The notes beneath the pieces are model-generated. The model saw only the letters and a list, made by a program, of their open reading frames with translations, was not told the origin of the DNA and searched no databases. 64,000 nucleotides of DNA from an uncultured Planctomycetaceae bacterium (GTDB lineage: Bacteria; Planctomycetota; Phycisphaerae; SM23-33), in the NCBI GenBank assembly GCA_964427875.1, contig CAYRVX010000028.1, positions 387 through 64,386 on the forward strand, written 5' to 3'. Made by a program: the position numbers and the translations under genes. Shown in pieces: positions 1 to 8,143 of this stretch; position 1 is the first letter of the stretch, and every line of letters begins with the position of its first letter.

Positions 1-1104
1 GTGGTGCTGTACGTGATTCTCGGCCGGGGCGGCCTGGCCGACCTGAAGCTGGGGGCCGTGACGTTCCCCCATGTCCTGTGCTGGGTGTCAGCCGTCACCA
101 TCCTCGTCCCGCTGTTCATTGCGATGCTCCAGGACGACGCCAAACGGCTGATCGCGTGGTCGTCGGTCGGCCACGGCGGCTACATGGTGCTGGGGATAGC
201 CTTCGGGACCACGCTGGGGGTCGCGGGAGGCCTGTTCCACGCGCTGAATTACGCGGCGTGCGTGGGGCTGCTGTTCCTGGCCGTCGGCGCCGTGGAGCAC
301 CGTACCGGGACGAGGGACCTGAACGAGCTTGGCGGGCTCATGAAGCGGATGCCCGTGACGTTCGCGACCGCCCTCATCGCCGTCTGCGGATTGATCGGCG
401 TGCCCCTGACGAACGGGTTCGTCTCGAAATGGTTCATCTACAAGACGCTCATCATGGAAGGCCACCCGTTCCTGGCGCTCGTCGCGCTGATCGGAACGTG
501 GGCGACGATCCTGTACGGATACAAGCTGATCCATAACGCCTTCCTGGGCCAGTTGCCCACCCGCTGCGAGAAGGTCGGGGAGGTCCCCTTCTCCATGCAG
601 TTGCCCATGGTCCTTCTGGCCGTGGCGGTGATCCTCTTCGGCGTGCTGCCGGGGATCCCGGTGAGGGCGATCAGCTCGGTCCAGGCGTCGCTCGGCCTGG
701 GATCGCTGGAGAGCGGGCTCTGGGCACTTCCCCCAGCCGTCGGCGAGCTCAACACGATCAACATCCTTTCGGGCGTGGTTGCGTCGCTCGCGATCGTGTA
801 CGTGATATTCGCCCTGGCGAAGAAGGCGCGCCGCGTCGACCAGTTCGACAGCTATGGGGCGGGGTCCTACGTGCCAACCGACCGGTATCAGTACAGCGTC
901 AACTTCTACCAGCGGGCCCACGAGCTCATGGGGCCGTACCTACGCGACAGAGTGGACGACTTCTACGGCTGGCTCGTGGCGAAGGCCGAGGGCTTCTTCG
1001 AGGAGGCCCGGAAGATCTACACCGGCAACGTGAACAGCTACGTGGCTTACATCGTCATTCTCCTGGCGCTGCTGATCCTCTTGAAGATGGGAGGGCAGTT
1101 GTGA
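1..1104 (+). CDS. Complex-I-like antiporter-type membrane subunit (NuoL/M/N / EchA / HyfB family). C-terminal part only; 5' end lies outside the window
   Basis: Long polytopic hydrophobic ORF running from base 1. Motif 'WSSVGHGGYMVLGIAF' resembles the conserved NuoL/M/N/MnhD helix. Directly followed by NuoH/B/C/D/I-like genes in Ech order. Confidence 0.7.
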   Translation: MVLYVILGRGGLADLKLGAVTFPHVLCWVSAVTILVPLFIAMLQDDAKRLIAWSSVGHGGYMVLGIAFGTTLGVAGGLFHALNYAACVGLLFLAVGAVEHRTGTRDLNELGGLMKRMPVTFATALIAVCGLIGVPLTNGFVSKWFIYKTLIMEGHPFLALVALIGTWATILYGYKLIHNAFLGQLPTRCEKVGEVPFSMQLPMVLLAVAVILFGVLPGIPVRAISSVQASLGLGSLESGLWALPPAVGELNTINILSGVVASLAIVYVIFALAKKARRVDQFDSYGAGSYVPTDRYQYSVNFYQRAHELMGPYLRDRVDDFYGWLVAKAEGFFEEARKIYTGNVNSYVAYIVILLALLILLKMGGQL

Positions 1105-2018
1105 TGATCGCTGCGAGCATGGTGACGAGGATCGTCTTCATCGTGGCGCTGCCCGTCGTCGCCTTCCTGGTGGCGGTCCTGTTCCTGGGCCTGTCGAGGA
1201 AGATCACCGCGCGGATCCACCGGAGGTACGGGCCGCCGCTTTACCAGCCGATCATCGACGTTGTGAAGCTGCTCACGCAGAAGGAGAACATCTCGCACGG
1301 CATCCTGTTTGACCTGGGCATACTGCTGGGCCTTGCCGGTGCTCTCCTGACGATCGTTTTCATTCCGGCGGGCGGGATACACCCGCTCTCCACGTCGGGT
1401 GATTTTCTGGTGGTCCTCTACCTCATGCTGCTTTCGCCGCTGGGCCTGGCGCTGGCGGCCGGGGCCTCGGCGAACCCGAACGCGAGCATCGGCGTCTCGC
1501 GCAAGTTCATCCTTGCCCTCGGCTACGAGGTGCCCTTCCTGATGGCGGCCCTCGCCGTGATGACCCGCTTCGAGACGACCTCCCTGGTCGAGATCGTCTC
1601 CACGCAGCGGGGCTCCATCCTGGACTGGGCGGTCTTCGCGGTTCCCCTTCCCGCCGCGGCGACGTTCCTGATCCTGCCGGCCATGCTGGGGATCAGGCCG
1701 TTCGACTTCGCCGCCGCCCCCCAGGAGATCGCCTCGGGTCCCATGGTGGAGTTCGGCGGCAAGTACCTCGCCTTTGCTGCGATCCAGGGCGCCTTGCACA
1801 CGTACATCGTCCTGGCGCTGTTCGTCGATCTGTTCCTCGGAGGCGGGGCCAACATCCTGACCTTCCTCGCCAAGATGCTCGCGGTCTTTTTCGCCGGCAT
1901 ATGCATCAACGCGGTCCTGCCCAGGTTCCGCGTCGAGCAAGGGCTGAGGTATCTCTGGAAATGGCCCGCGATCCTGGCCTTCCTTGGCCTGCTGATTGTG
2001 GCGTTGGGGCCGGAGTAG
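1101..2018 (+). CDS. NuoH/EchB/HyfC-like membrane subunit of the complex-I-like module
   Basis: 305 aa, about 8 TM segments. N-terminal 'RKITARIHRRYGPPLYQPIIDVVKLLTQKE' matches the NuoH 'R.GPN..G..GLLQP.AD..KL..KE' signature. Overlaps the upstream gene by 4 nt. Confidence 0.8.
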   Translation: MMIAASMVTRIVFIVALPVVAFLVAVLFLGLSRKITARIHRRYGPPLYQPIIDVVKLLTQKENISHGILFDLGILLGLAGALLTIVFIPAGGIHPLSTSGDFLVVLYLMLLSPLGLALAAGASANPNASIGVSRKFILALGYEVPFLMAALAVMTRFETTSLVEIVSTQRGSILDWAVFAVPLPAAATFLILPAMLGIRPFDFAAAPQEIASGPMVEFGGKYLAFAAIQGALHTYIVLALFVDLFLGGGANILTFLAKMLAVFFAGICINAVLPRFRVEQGLRYLWKWPAILAFLGLLIVALGPE

Positions 2019-2022
2019 ACAC

Positions 2023-2586
2023 ATGGACAGGGAAGATATCCTAAAGACGCTCAAGAGCCCCGCCAACTGGGGCCAGAAGTACTCGCTGTGGGCGGTGTAC
2101 TTCTGCACCGGCTGCGGCGTGGTCGAGATACCTCCTGTCATCACTTCGCGCTGGGACGCCGAGCGCTTCGGCGTCCTGCCGATGGCCACGCCGAGGCAGG
2201 CGAACCTCTTCCTGATTACGGGGTACGTCTCGGTCAAGACGCTGGGGGCCATCATCAGGACCTACGACCAGATGCCGGACCCGAAGTACGTGGTGGGCTT
2301 CGGCTCCTGCCCGGTCAACGGCGGGATGTACTGGGACTCCTACAACACGATCAAGCACCTCGACAAGTACCTCCCGGTCGACGGCTGGATCGCCGGATGC
2401 ATGCCCCGGCCCGAGGCGATCTTCGTGGCCGTGGTGCATCTCTGGCAGATGATCGACAAGGGAATGGCGACCGGCTACGAGCGGTACAGGGAGAACTATG
2501 AGTACTACGCGAGGAACCAGCGGGAAGTCCTGCCGCACCTGGCGAAGTTCGCCGGGGCCGAAGCGGCGGCGGGGCCGAGCAGTTAG
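2023..2586 (+). CDS. NuoB/EchC-like Fe-S subunit (20 kDa / hydrogenase-small-subunit-like)
   Basis: 'FCTGCGVVE', 'GFGSCPVNGGMY' and 'GCMPRPEAI' give the four Cys of the N2-type cluster, with CxxC as in Ech/hydrogenase small subunits. RBS 'GGAG' 7 nt upstream of ATG 2023. Confidence 0.8.
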   Translation: MDREDILKTLKSPANWGQKYSLWAVYFCTGCGVVEIPPVITSRWDAERFGVLPMATPRQANLFLITGYVSVKTLGAIIRTYDQMPDPKYVVGFGSCPVNGGMYWDSYNTIKHLDKYLPVDGWIAGCMPRPEAIFVAVVHLWQMIDKGMATGYERYRENYEYYARNQREVLPHLAKFAGAEAAAGPSS

Positions 2587-2592
2587 ACGGAC

Positions 2593-3075
2593 ATGATCGA
2601 AGAAGAACTCAAGAAGGCCATCGAGCGGGGCATCGAGGGCGCGGCGGCGACGGTCGCGAAGGCCGGCCGCCTCGTGGCCACCGTGCCCAAGGCGGGGGCG
2701 GTCTCCGCGCTCATCCTGCTTAGGGCGCGCGGCTTCGAGCACCTCTCCGCGATCTCCTGTACGGACTGGATCGAGCAAGGGGAGTTCGAGCTCGTCTATC
2801 ACCTCTGGTCTTACAGGGACAAGGTCCACGTCATGCTGAAGACGCGCCTGCCCAGGGCCGACCCGCGGAGCGTGACGGCCGTGCCCGTCTTCCAGCACGC
2901 GCAGACCTACGAGCGCGAAATACACGAGATGTACGGAGTGCACTTCGAGGGCAACGGCAGGCTCACGCCTTTCCTCCTCGACCACTGGCAAGGGCCGCCG
3001 CCGATGAGAAGGGACTTCGACACGCGACAATACGTTCAAGACACTTTCGGTTCGACTCCGTCAGCAGAGGAATAA
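2593..3075 (+). CDS. NuoC/EchD-like 30 kDa subunit
   Basis: 160 aa. 'FEHLSAISCTDW...ELVYHLWS...REIHEMYGVHFEGN' matches the NuoC/HycE-N family pattern. Confidence 0.75.
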   Translation: MIEEELKKAIERGIEGAAATVAKAGRLVATVPKAGAVSALILLRARGFEHLSAISCTDWIEQGEFELVYHLWSYRDKVHVMLKTRLPRADPRSVTAVPVFQHAQTYEREIHEMYGVHFEGNGRLTPFLLDHWQGPPPMRRDFDTRQYVQDTFGSTPSAEE

Positions 3076-3078
3076 GAA

Positions 3079-3375
3079 ATGCTTACGGAAGAAGAAGTGA
3101 TCCGGGTGATGTCGAAGACCGCGCATCCTGAAATCGATTACAGTCTGCTCGACCTGGGCATGATCAAGGAAGTTGTTGTTGAACAAGAGACGGTAAAAGT
3201 AACCATAAACCTGCCCTTTCCGGAGGTACCTATAAAGGACCATCTTGTTCAGATTGTAAAGGATGCAATAGCTGAGAAGCATGAGCGTGCGGCAGTGGAG
3301 GTGATCTTCTCTGTTATGAACGAAGCGGAGCGGGAAGAATTCAGAAGGAAGGCCCGGGACAAATGGAAGTTGTGA
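3079..3375 (+). CDS. DUF59 / MIP18-family (SufT-like) small protein inserted in the operon; conspicuously low GC
   Basis: 98 aa. 'EEEVIRVMSKTAHPEIDYSLLDLGMIKEVVVEQETVKVTINLPFPEVPIK' fits the DUF59 core (DPEl..sl.dLGli..v.v....v.v.mtlT.p.CP), although the usual CP Cys is absent. GC roughly 48% against ~68% in flanking genes. Confidence 0.6.
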   Translation: MLTEEEVIRVMSKTAHPEIDYSLLDLGMIKEVVVEQETVKVTINLPFPEVPIKDHLVQIVKDAIAEKHERAAVEVIFSVMNEAEREEFRRKARDKWKL

Positions 3376-4505
3376 CGCACGCCTCGAACAAGGAAAAAAC
3401 GGGTTCCGCGAGGGAGCTGGAGCTATATTTCGGTCCGCAGCACGTCGGCATGGTGGGCAACTTCGGCATCGTGCTGACCGTCGAGGGGGACACGGTCGTC
3501 AGGGCCCGCTCGAACCCCGGGTACCTTCACCGGGGCTTCGAGAAGCTCATGGAGTACCGCACGTACATCCAGAACTTCCCATTGGTCTGCCGCCTCAACG
3601 TGATGGACCCCGACCCCAAGGAGATGGTCTACGCCATGGCGGTGGAGGACCTGGCGGGACTCGAGGTACCCCGGAGGGCACATTACATAAGAACCATCGT
3701 CCTGGAGATGTCCCGGATAACCTCCCACCTGTTCTGGCTGTGGGGCTTCGGCAACCTGCTCGGCTTCGACACCATCGGCCAGTGGGCCATGGGCGACCGC
3801 GACTACTTCCTCGACGGTTTCGAGATGCTCTGCGGCGGCCGCGTGTATCACACCTACATCTGGCCGGGCGGTGTGCGACGCGACCTGCCCGAGGGTTTCG
3901 ACGAGAAGCTCCGCTTGGCCCTGGACAACCTCGAGAGGATGCTCCCGGACTACGACGAGGTCTTCTTCAACAACCGCATCTTCGCCGACAGGACCCGCGG
4001 GATCGCTCCCTTCACGCGAGACCAGGCCGTATCCATGGGCCTGACCGGGACCAACCTCCGGGCCACGGGCGCGGACGTCGACGTCCGCCGGGACGAGCCG
4101 TACGCCGCCTACGCCGAGCTCGACTTCGACATCCCCACGATGGACGGCGGCGATTCCTACTCGCGCGCGGTGGTGATCCGCCTGGAACTGGAGCAGAGCA
4201 TATCCATCATCCGGCAGGCCCTGGAGCGGATGCCCGGCGGGCCCGCCTGGAAGAAGACGCCCAACCCGTTCAAGTGGGTGATCCCGCCGGGCGAGACCTA
4301 CGTGAAGATCGAGTCGGCCAGGGGCGAGGACGGCATGTACCTGGTATCGGACGGCAGCGACAAGCCGAGAAGGGCCTTGGTCAGGGGGCCCTCTTTCCCG
4401 GCGGCGATCCTGATGCTCGAGAGACTGCTCGAGGGGGCGAGCCTCTCCGATGTCGGCCATATCATGCTGAGTCTCAACATCGCGGCGCCGGAGGTGGACA
4501 GGTGA
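3363..4505 (+). CDS. NuoD/EchE-like 49 kDa large subunit lacking NiFe-binding cysteines (complex-I / Ehr type)
   Basis: 'YFGPQHVGMVGNFGIVLTVEGDTVV' followed by 'PGYLHRGFEKLMEYRTY', which is NuoD-like in place of the hydrogenase RxCGxC. No C-terminal DPCxxC. Only 2 Cys in 380 aa, neither at a ligand position. Confidence 0.8.
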   Translation: MEVVTHASNKEKTGSARELELYFGPQHVGMVGNFGIVLTVEGDTVVRARSNPGYLHRGFEKLMEYRTYIQNFPLVCRLNVMDPDPKEMVYAMAVEDLAGLEVPRRAHYIRTIVLEMSRITSHLFWLWGFGNLLGFDTIGQWAMGDRDYFLDGFEMLCGGRVYHTYIWPGGVRRDLPEGFDEKLRLALDNLERMLPDYDEVFFNNRIFADRTRGIAPFTRDQAVSMGLTGTNLRATGADVDVRRDEPYAAYAELDFDIPTMDGGDSYSRAVVIRLELEQSISIIRQALERMPGGPAWKKTPNPFKWVIPPGETYVKIESARGEDGMYLVSDGSDKPRRALVRGPSFPAAILMLERLLEGASLSDVGHIMLSLNIAAPEVDR

Positions 4506-4530
4506 TGGCAGCAGACGGAGTCAACCCAAG

Positions 4531-6390
4531 GTGATCAGCGAGAAAAAAAGCATCTTCCGGCCGTTCGCGGCGCTGAAGTACCTCCTTCGAAAGCCGCATA
4601 CGTTCTGCTTCCCCTTCCAGCAGAAGCCGACGGCGGACAGGTACCGGGGCCTTCACATCAACGACAGGGAGTCCTGCACGGGCTGCGGCAACTGCGCCGA
4701 CATCTGCCCCAACCAGGCGATCACGATGGTAGAGCAGCCCGACGTGGAGACCAGGCCGGGCAAGAAGAACGAGCTTCCCCAGGTGGACTACGGCCGGTGC
4801 TGCTTCTGCGGCCTCTGCGTGGACATCTGCCCGCCGGGGAGCCTTTCGCTGGCCAAGGACTTCCTCCACATCGCCCCGAGCCCGGACAGCTTCCTGGCGT
4901 ACACGCCGGACAGCGAGAAGTCCGGCGACGAGGCCTTCGTGGCGCGGTCGGAGTACTCCATCCTGAAGGCAAGCCTGGCGCACCGGCTGGCCGACAACGC
5001 GGGGTTCGTATCCGAGATGGATTACTCGCTCGTGGACTTCGAGCGGGTCCCCATGGAGGTCCTTCCGGCGGAGCAGAGGAAGGGCTCCTTCGTGGAGATG
5101 GTGAGGGGGTTCTCCGAAGACCAGGCGCGAAGGGAGGCCTCGAGGTGCCTGGAGTGCGGCCTGTGCGAGGACGCCTGCCCCGCCAACATGGGGATTTCTG
5201 ATTACGTCCGCGCGATCTGGGAAGGCGACGAGGACGAGGCCGTCAGGGTCATTTACGAGAAGAACCCCCTGCCGGGCATCTGCGGGCGGATCTGCACGCA
5301 CAAGTGTGAGGAGGCCTGCGGCATCGGCAGGCGGGGGGAGCCCGTCGCCATACGCTGGCTGAAGCGCTTCGCGACCGACCATCTTCCCGGCGAAAGGCTC
5401 CGGCAGATTCTGGGGACCGGGCCCGCCAAGGCCGGGCAGAAGACCGTGGCGATCGTGGGGGCCGGACCCGCCGGCCTGAGCTGCGCCTACTATCTGGCCG
5501 TCGCCGGGTATCCCTCCACGATCCTCGAGGCCCGGCCGAAGCCGGGCGGGACCATGCGCTACGGCATCCCCGAGTACCGGCTCCCGTATGATGCGATCGA
5601 CAAGGACGTCGGCTACATAGAGTCCGTCGGCGTCGAGATACGATGCAATACCCGCGTGGGCGAGCACATCACCATCGAGGAGCTGCATAGAGACTTCGAT
5701 GCGGTCTTCCTCGCCACCGGATTCCACGTGGGGCGAAGCACCGGGGTCGAGGGAACCGACCACGAACACGTGTTGCAGGCCATCGACCTCCTGGGCGACA
5801 TTACCGAGGGCAAGGAGGTGACGGTCGGGAAGAAGATCGTGGTGATCGGGGGCGGCGACGTCGCCATGGACATCGCACGCAGCATGGCCCGGCTACAGGT
5901 GGAGAGGTACGGCCATGCCGACACCACCTGCTGCTGCCTGGAATCTGAAGACATCATACCCGCCACCAGGGAGGAGATCGACGAGGCCCGGGAGGAGGGC
6001 ATAGCGATTTGCACCTCACGGGGTCCGGAGAGGATCGAGATAGAGTCCGGCAGGATCAAAGGGCTGCACACGGTGGAATGCACGTCCGTCTTCGACGAGC
6101 AGGGCCGGTTCAGCCCCAAGTTCAATCGGGAGGACAGGCGGTTCTTCGAAGGGGACATGGTCATCGAGGCGATCGGCCAGGCGCCGGACCTCTCCTACAT
6201 ACCCGAGGGGCTCGACGAGAAGCTGGAGAAAGAGGGCCGCCGGATCAAGGTGTCGCAGCAGTTCCAGAGCAGTGTCCCCTGGCTCTTCGTGGGCGGCGAC
6301 CTGATCGAGGGGCCGGACGTCATCCACGCCATCGCCAATGGCTACGAGGCGGCCAAGGGGATAGCCGGCTTCCTCGAGGGCCAGCCATAG
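4531..6390 (+). CDS. Fusion protein: NuoI/EchF-like 2x[4Fe-4S] ferredoxin domain joined to a GltD/NfnB/SudA-like NAD(P)H-dependent FAD oxidoreductase domain
   Basis: N-terminus has 'CTGCGNCADICP' and 'CCFCGLCVDICPPG' (NuoI). Then 'CLECGLCEDACP' and 'CGRICTHKCEEACG' (GltD-type clusters). Then Rossmann 'KTVAIVGAGPAGLSCAYYL...GGTMRYGIPEYRLP' and a second 'IVVIGGGDVAMD'. 619 aa in a single ORF. Confidence 0.8.
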   Translation: MISEKKSIFRPFAALKYLLRKPHTFCFPFQQKPTADRYRGLHINDRESCTGCGNCADICPNQAITMVEQPDVETRPGKKNELPQVDYGRCCFCGLCVDICPPGSLSLAKDFLHIAPSPDSFLAYTPDSEKSGDEAFVARSEYSILKASLAHRLADNAGFVSEMDYSLVDFERVPMEVLPAEQRKGSFVEMVRGFSEDQARREASRCLECGLCEDACPANMGISDYVRAIWEGDEDEAVRVIYEKNPLPGICGRICTHKCEEACGIGRRGEPVAIRWLKRFATDHLPGERLRQILGTGPAKAGQKTVAIVGAGPAGLSCAYYLAVAGYPSTILEARPKPGGTMRYGIPEYRLPYDAIDKDVGYIESVGVEIRCNTRVGEHITIEELHRDFDAVFLATGFHVGRSTGVEGTDHEHVLQAIDLLGDITEGKEVTVGKKIVVIGGGDVAMDIARSMARLQVERYGHADTTCCCLESEDIIPATREEIDEAREEGIAICTSRGPERIEIESGRIKGLHTVECTSVFDEQGRFSPKFNREDRRFFEGDMVIEAIGQAPDLSYIPEGLDEKLEKEGRRIKVSQQFQSSVPWLFVGGDLIEGPDVIHAIANGYEAAKGIAGFLEGQP

Positions 6391-6447
6391 AGGCCGGTCG
6401 GGCTGTCACACCCGAACCGATCTCGCGGCATGTCGTCACGGGGCGTC

Positions 6448-6855
6448 TCAGAATCGACGCAGCCGCAACCTGCCGAACTGCGCGAGCGTCTGCGTTTGCC
6501 AAACCAGCGCGGTCCTGATCCTCGCAACGTCGATCGGGTTGTGCTCGTCGGTGATCACCGCGCCGCGGTCGGTCGCCAGGTCCAGCCGCCGGGTGACCGG
6601 CTCGTAGGCCGGCGGATCCACGTCGCCGGCGTCCTCCTGACGGAAATCGGCCCGGCGTTCGTCATGGTCGCCTGCACGCAGGCGGGCGAAGAGGCACTCG
6701 CCCATAGCAGGAAACTCGATGAGGCAGGCCCAGGCGACCTCTCCGCGGCGGAGAAGCTGAAGCGCGATGTGCGCCTTGGCGCCCAGGCTCGTGGAATGCG
6801 GCAGGCATCCCGACATCGCGCATGGTTCAAACGCTGTTACCTGCGTTTGAACCAT
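6448..6855 (-). CDS. Hypothetical Cys-containing small protein (very uncertain; the region may be non-coding)
   Basis: 135-aa ORF from ATG 6855 with an AGGA-type RBS 8 nt upstream on the minus strand. The start codon lies inside a 14-bp hairpin stem. No recognisable domain. The opposite-strand ORF is equally GC3-rich. Confidence 0.15.
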   Translation of the reverse strand: MVQTQVTAFEPCAMSGCLPHSTSLGAKAHIALQLLRRGEVAWACLIEFPAMGECLFARLRAGDHDERRADFRQEDAGDVDPPAYEPVTRRLDLATDRGAVITDEHNPIDVARIRTALVWQTQTLAQFGRLRLRRF

Positions 6856-6866
6856 GCCATTTTTCC
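6819..6866 (+). terminator. Perfect 14-bp stem / 10-nt loop hairpin followed by CATTTTTCC. An intrinsic-terminator-like element on the + strand that also overlaps the candidate start of the minus-strand ORF
   Basis: 6819-6832 'gcatggttcaaacg' pairs with 6843-6856 'cgtttgaaccatgc'. The T-run is at 6859-6863. Confidence 0.35.
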
Positions 6867-6947
6867 TGCAATCCGCCGATTTTCGTTCTGCAAAAGGACC
6901 CGCGAGATGTATATGCCTGCTACGGGGGGACCATAAGGAAAACAGGT

Positions 6948-6982
6948 TCTTCGCCAAAGAGCGGTACACTCTTTGGCGAAGA
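6948..6982. repeat. Perfect 14-bp inverted repeat with a 7-nt loop (tcttcgccaaagag-cggtaca-ctctttggcgaaga), sitting immediately upstream of an AAGGAG RBS
   Basis: Read directly from the sequence. Followed 7 nt later by AAGGAG (6990-6995). Confidence 0.5.
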
Positions 6983-7001
6983 CCCCGAAAAGGAGACCTT
7001 C

Positions 7002-8075
7002 CTGGCCATCAAGGCCAGCCGCATCTACTCGCACCACCATCCCGATGAAGGCGGCATCCACCTGTTCGGGCGCGGGGTGCCCATCATCCTCGACGCGCTG
7101 CACGGGAGAGATTACTACCGGGAGGATCTGCATCCGATCATCAGCTTCGCGGACGGCAAGACGCACCGCCGCGGGGACGTTATCGAATTCCGGACCAGCC
7201 CGCTGGCCGACTTTGTGTCCGCCGACGTCCCGGTGGGGCCGTTTCTGCCCGCACCGCCGGAGCCGGGGATGACGCGCAAGGGCAGCCGGCGGCAGGTGCT
7301 GCTGGTGAAATCGCCCACGCTCGACGTTGCCGATTACTTCGTGCTCCAGGACATCGTCTACGGTCCCGCGGCCAGCCAGATCAACCTCCCGGTCTTCTGC
7401 GGCAAGCCGCAGGTAGCCGCGGGCGGGAAGGCGAACCGGGTGCTGCTGCCGCCCATCGATTCGCCGAACTACGGCGTGGCCACCGATCTGATTTTCCTTT
7501 CCCCGACGGCGCCGGACATCGCGGTCTCGCCCATCACAAAGGGCGAAGGCGGCAAGTACGCCTGGGCGATTTCCGCCCGCCAGCCGGCCGGGCGGAACCG
7601 GGCGGTGGTGATCTACCCCCGCGACAAGGAGATGGCGCCGCCGACCGTCGAAGTGCTCGAAGCGCCCGGCGCACTGCGGCTGACTTCCCCGGGCCGACGC
7701 GCGGTCGATTACGTGGTCGCCGCCGCCGGGGCGACGTCGACACAGGCGCGAGATTTCCGCTTCACCGGCCGGTGCGGCGTCGCCCGCCTGCGCGGCGGGC
7801 GAGTGAACGTGTCCCTGGTGGACGGTACGGAGATCCGCTGCCGCCAGATCGGCGTGTTCGGGAAGGGCCCCGCGTGGCTGTCACAGACGGCCGCGGGCTT
7901 CACCGGCGGCGCCGAAGGACCGCAGCGCGACGTCTACCTGCTCCTCGGGCGCCAGTGGACCAGCGATCTTGTGCTCACCCTCAACGGCAAGCGTCAGAAG
8001 CTCAACTCGCCCAACGGCATCCTCGCGGTCGCGCTGCCCGAAGGGCGCTGCAAGTTCACCATCGAGAAGCCGTAA
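7002..8075 (+). CDS. Hypothetical protein. ORF is open from 6822, but coding-type GC3 begins near 7000, and a CTG at 7002 follows the AAGGAG RBS
   Basis: Long ORF to 8075 with high GC3 from about 7000 onward. The upstream 6822-6990 has low GC3 (~59%) and contains two hairpins. No domain recognised. Confidence 0.45.
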   Translation: MAIKASRIYSHHHPDEGGIHLFGRGVPIILDALHGRDYYREDLHPIISFADGKTHRRGDVIEFRTSPLADFVSADVPVGPFLPAPPEPGMTRKGSRRQVLLVKSPTLDVADYFVLQDIVYGPAASQINLPVFCGKPQVAAGGKANRVLLPPIDSPNYGVATDLIFLSPTAPDIAVSPITKGEGGKYAWAISARQPAGRNRAVVIYPRDKEMAPPTVEVLEAPGALRLTSPGRRAVDYVVAAAGATSTQARDFRFTGRCGVARLRGGRVNVSLVDGTEIRCRQIGVFGKGPAWLSQTAAGFTGGAEGPQRDVYLLLGRQWTSDLVLTLNGKRQKLNSPNGILAVALPEGRCKFTIEKP

Positions 8076-8143
8076 GCGAAGTGACACGGCCGGCCTCTGC
8101 TAATGGCAGACCCGAAGAGGCCCTTGAGAGAAAGGAGTAGACC

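Noticed and set aside
4474-5769. 431-aa ORF antisense to the NuoI-GltD fusion gene
   Set aside because: No domain. The opposite strand encodes multiple exact Fe-S and Rossmann motifs.
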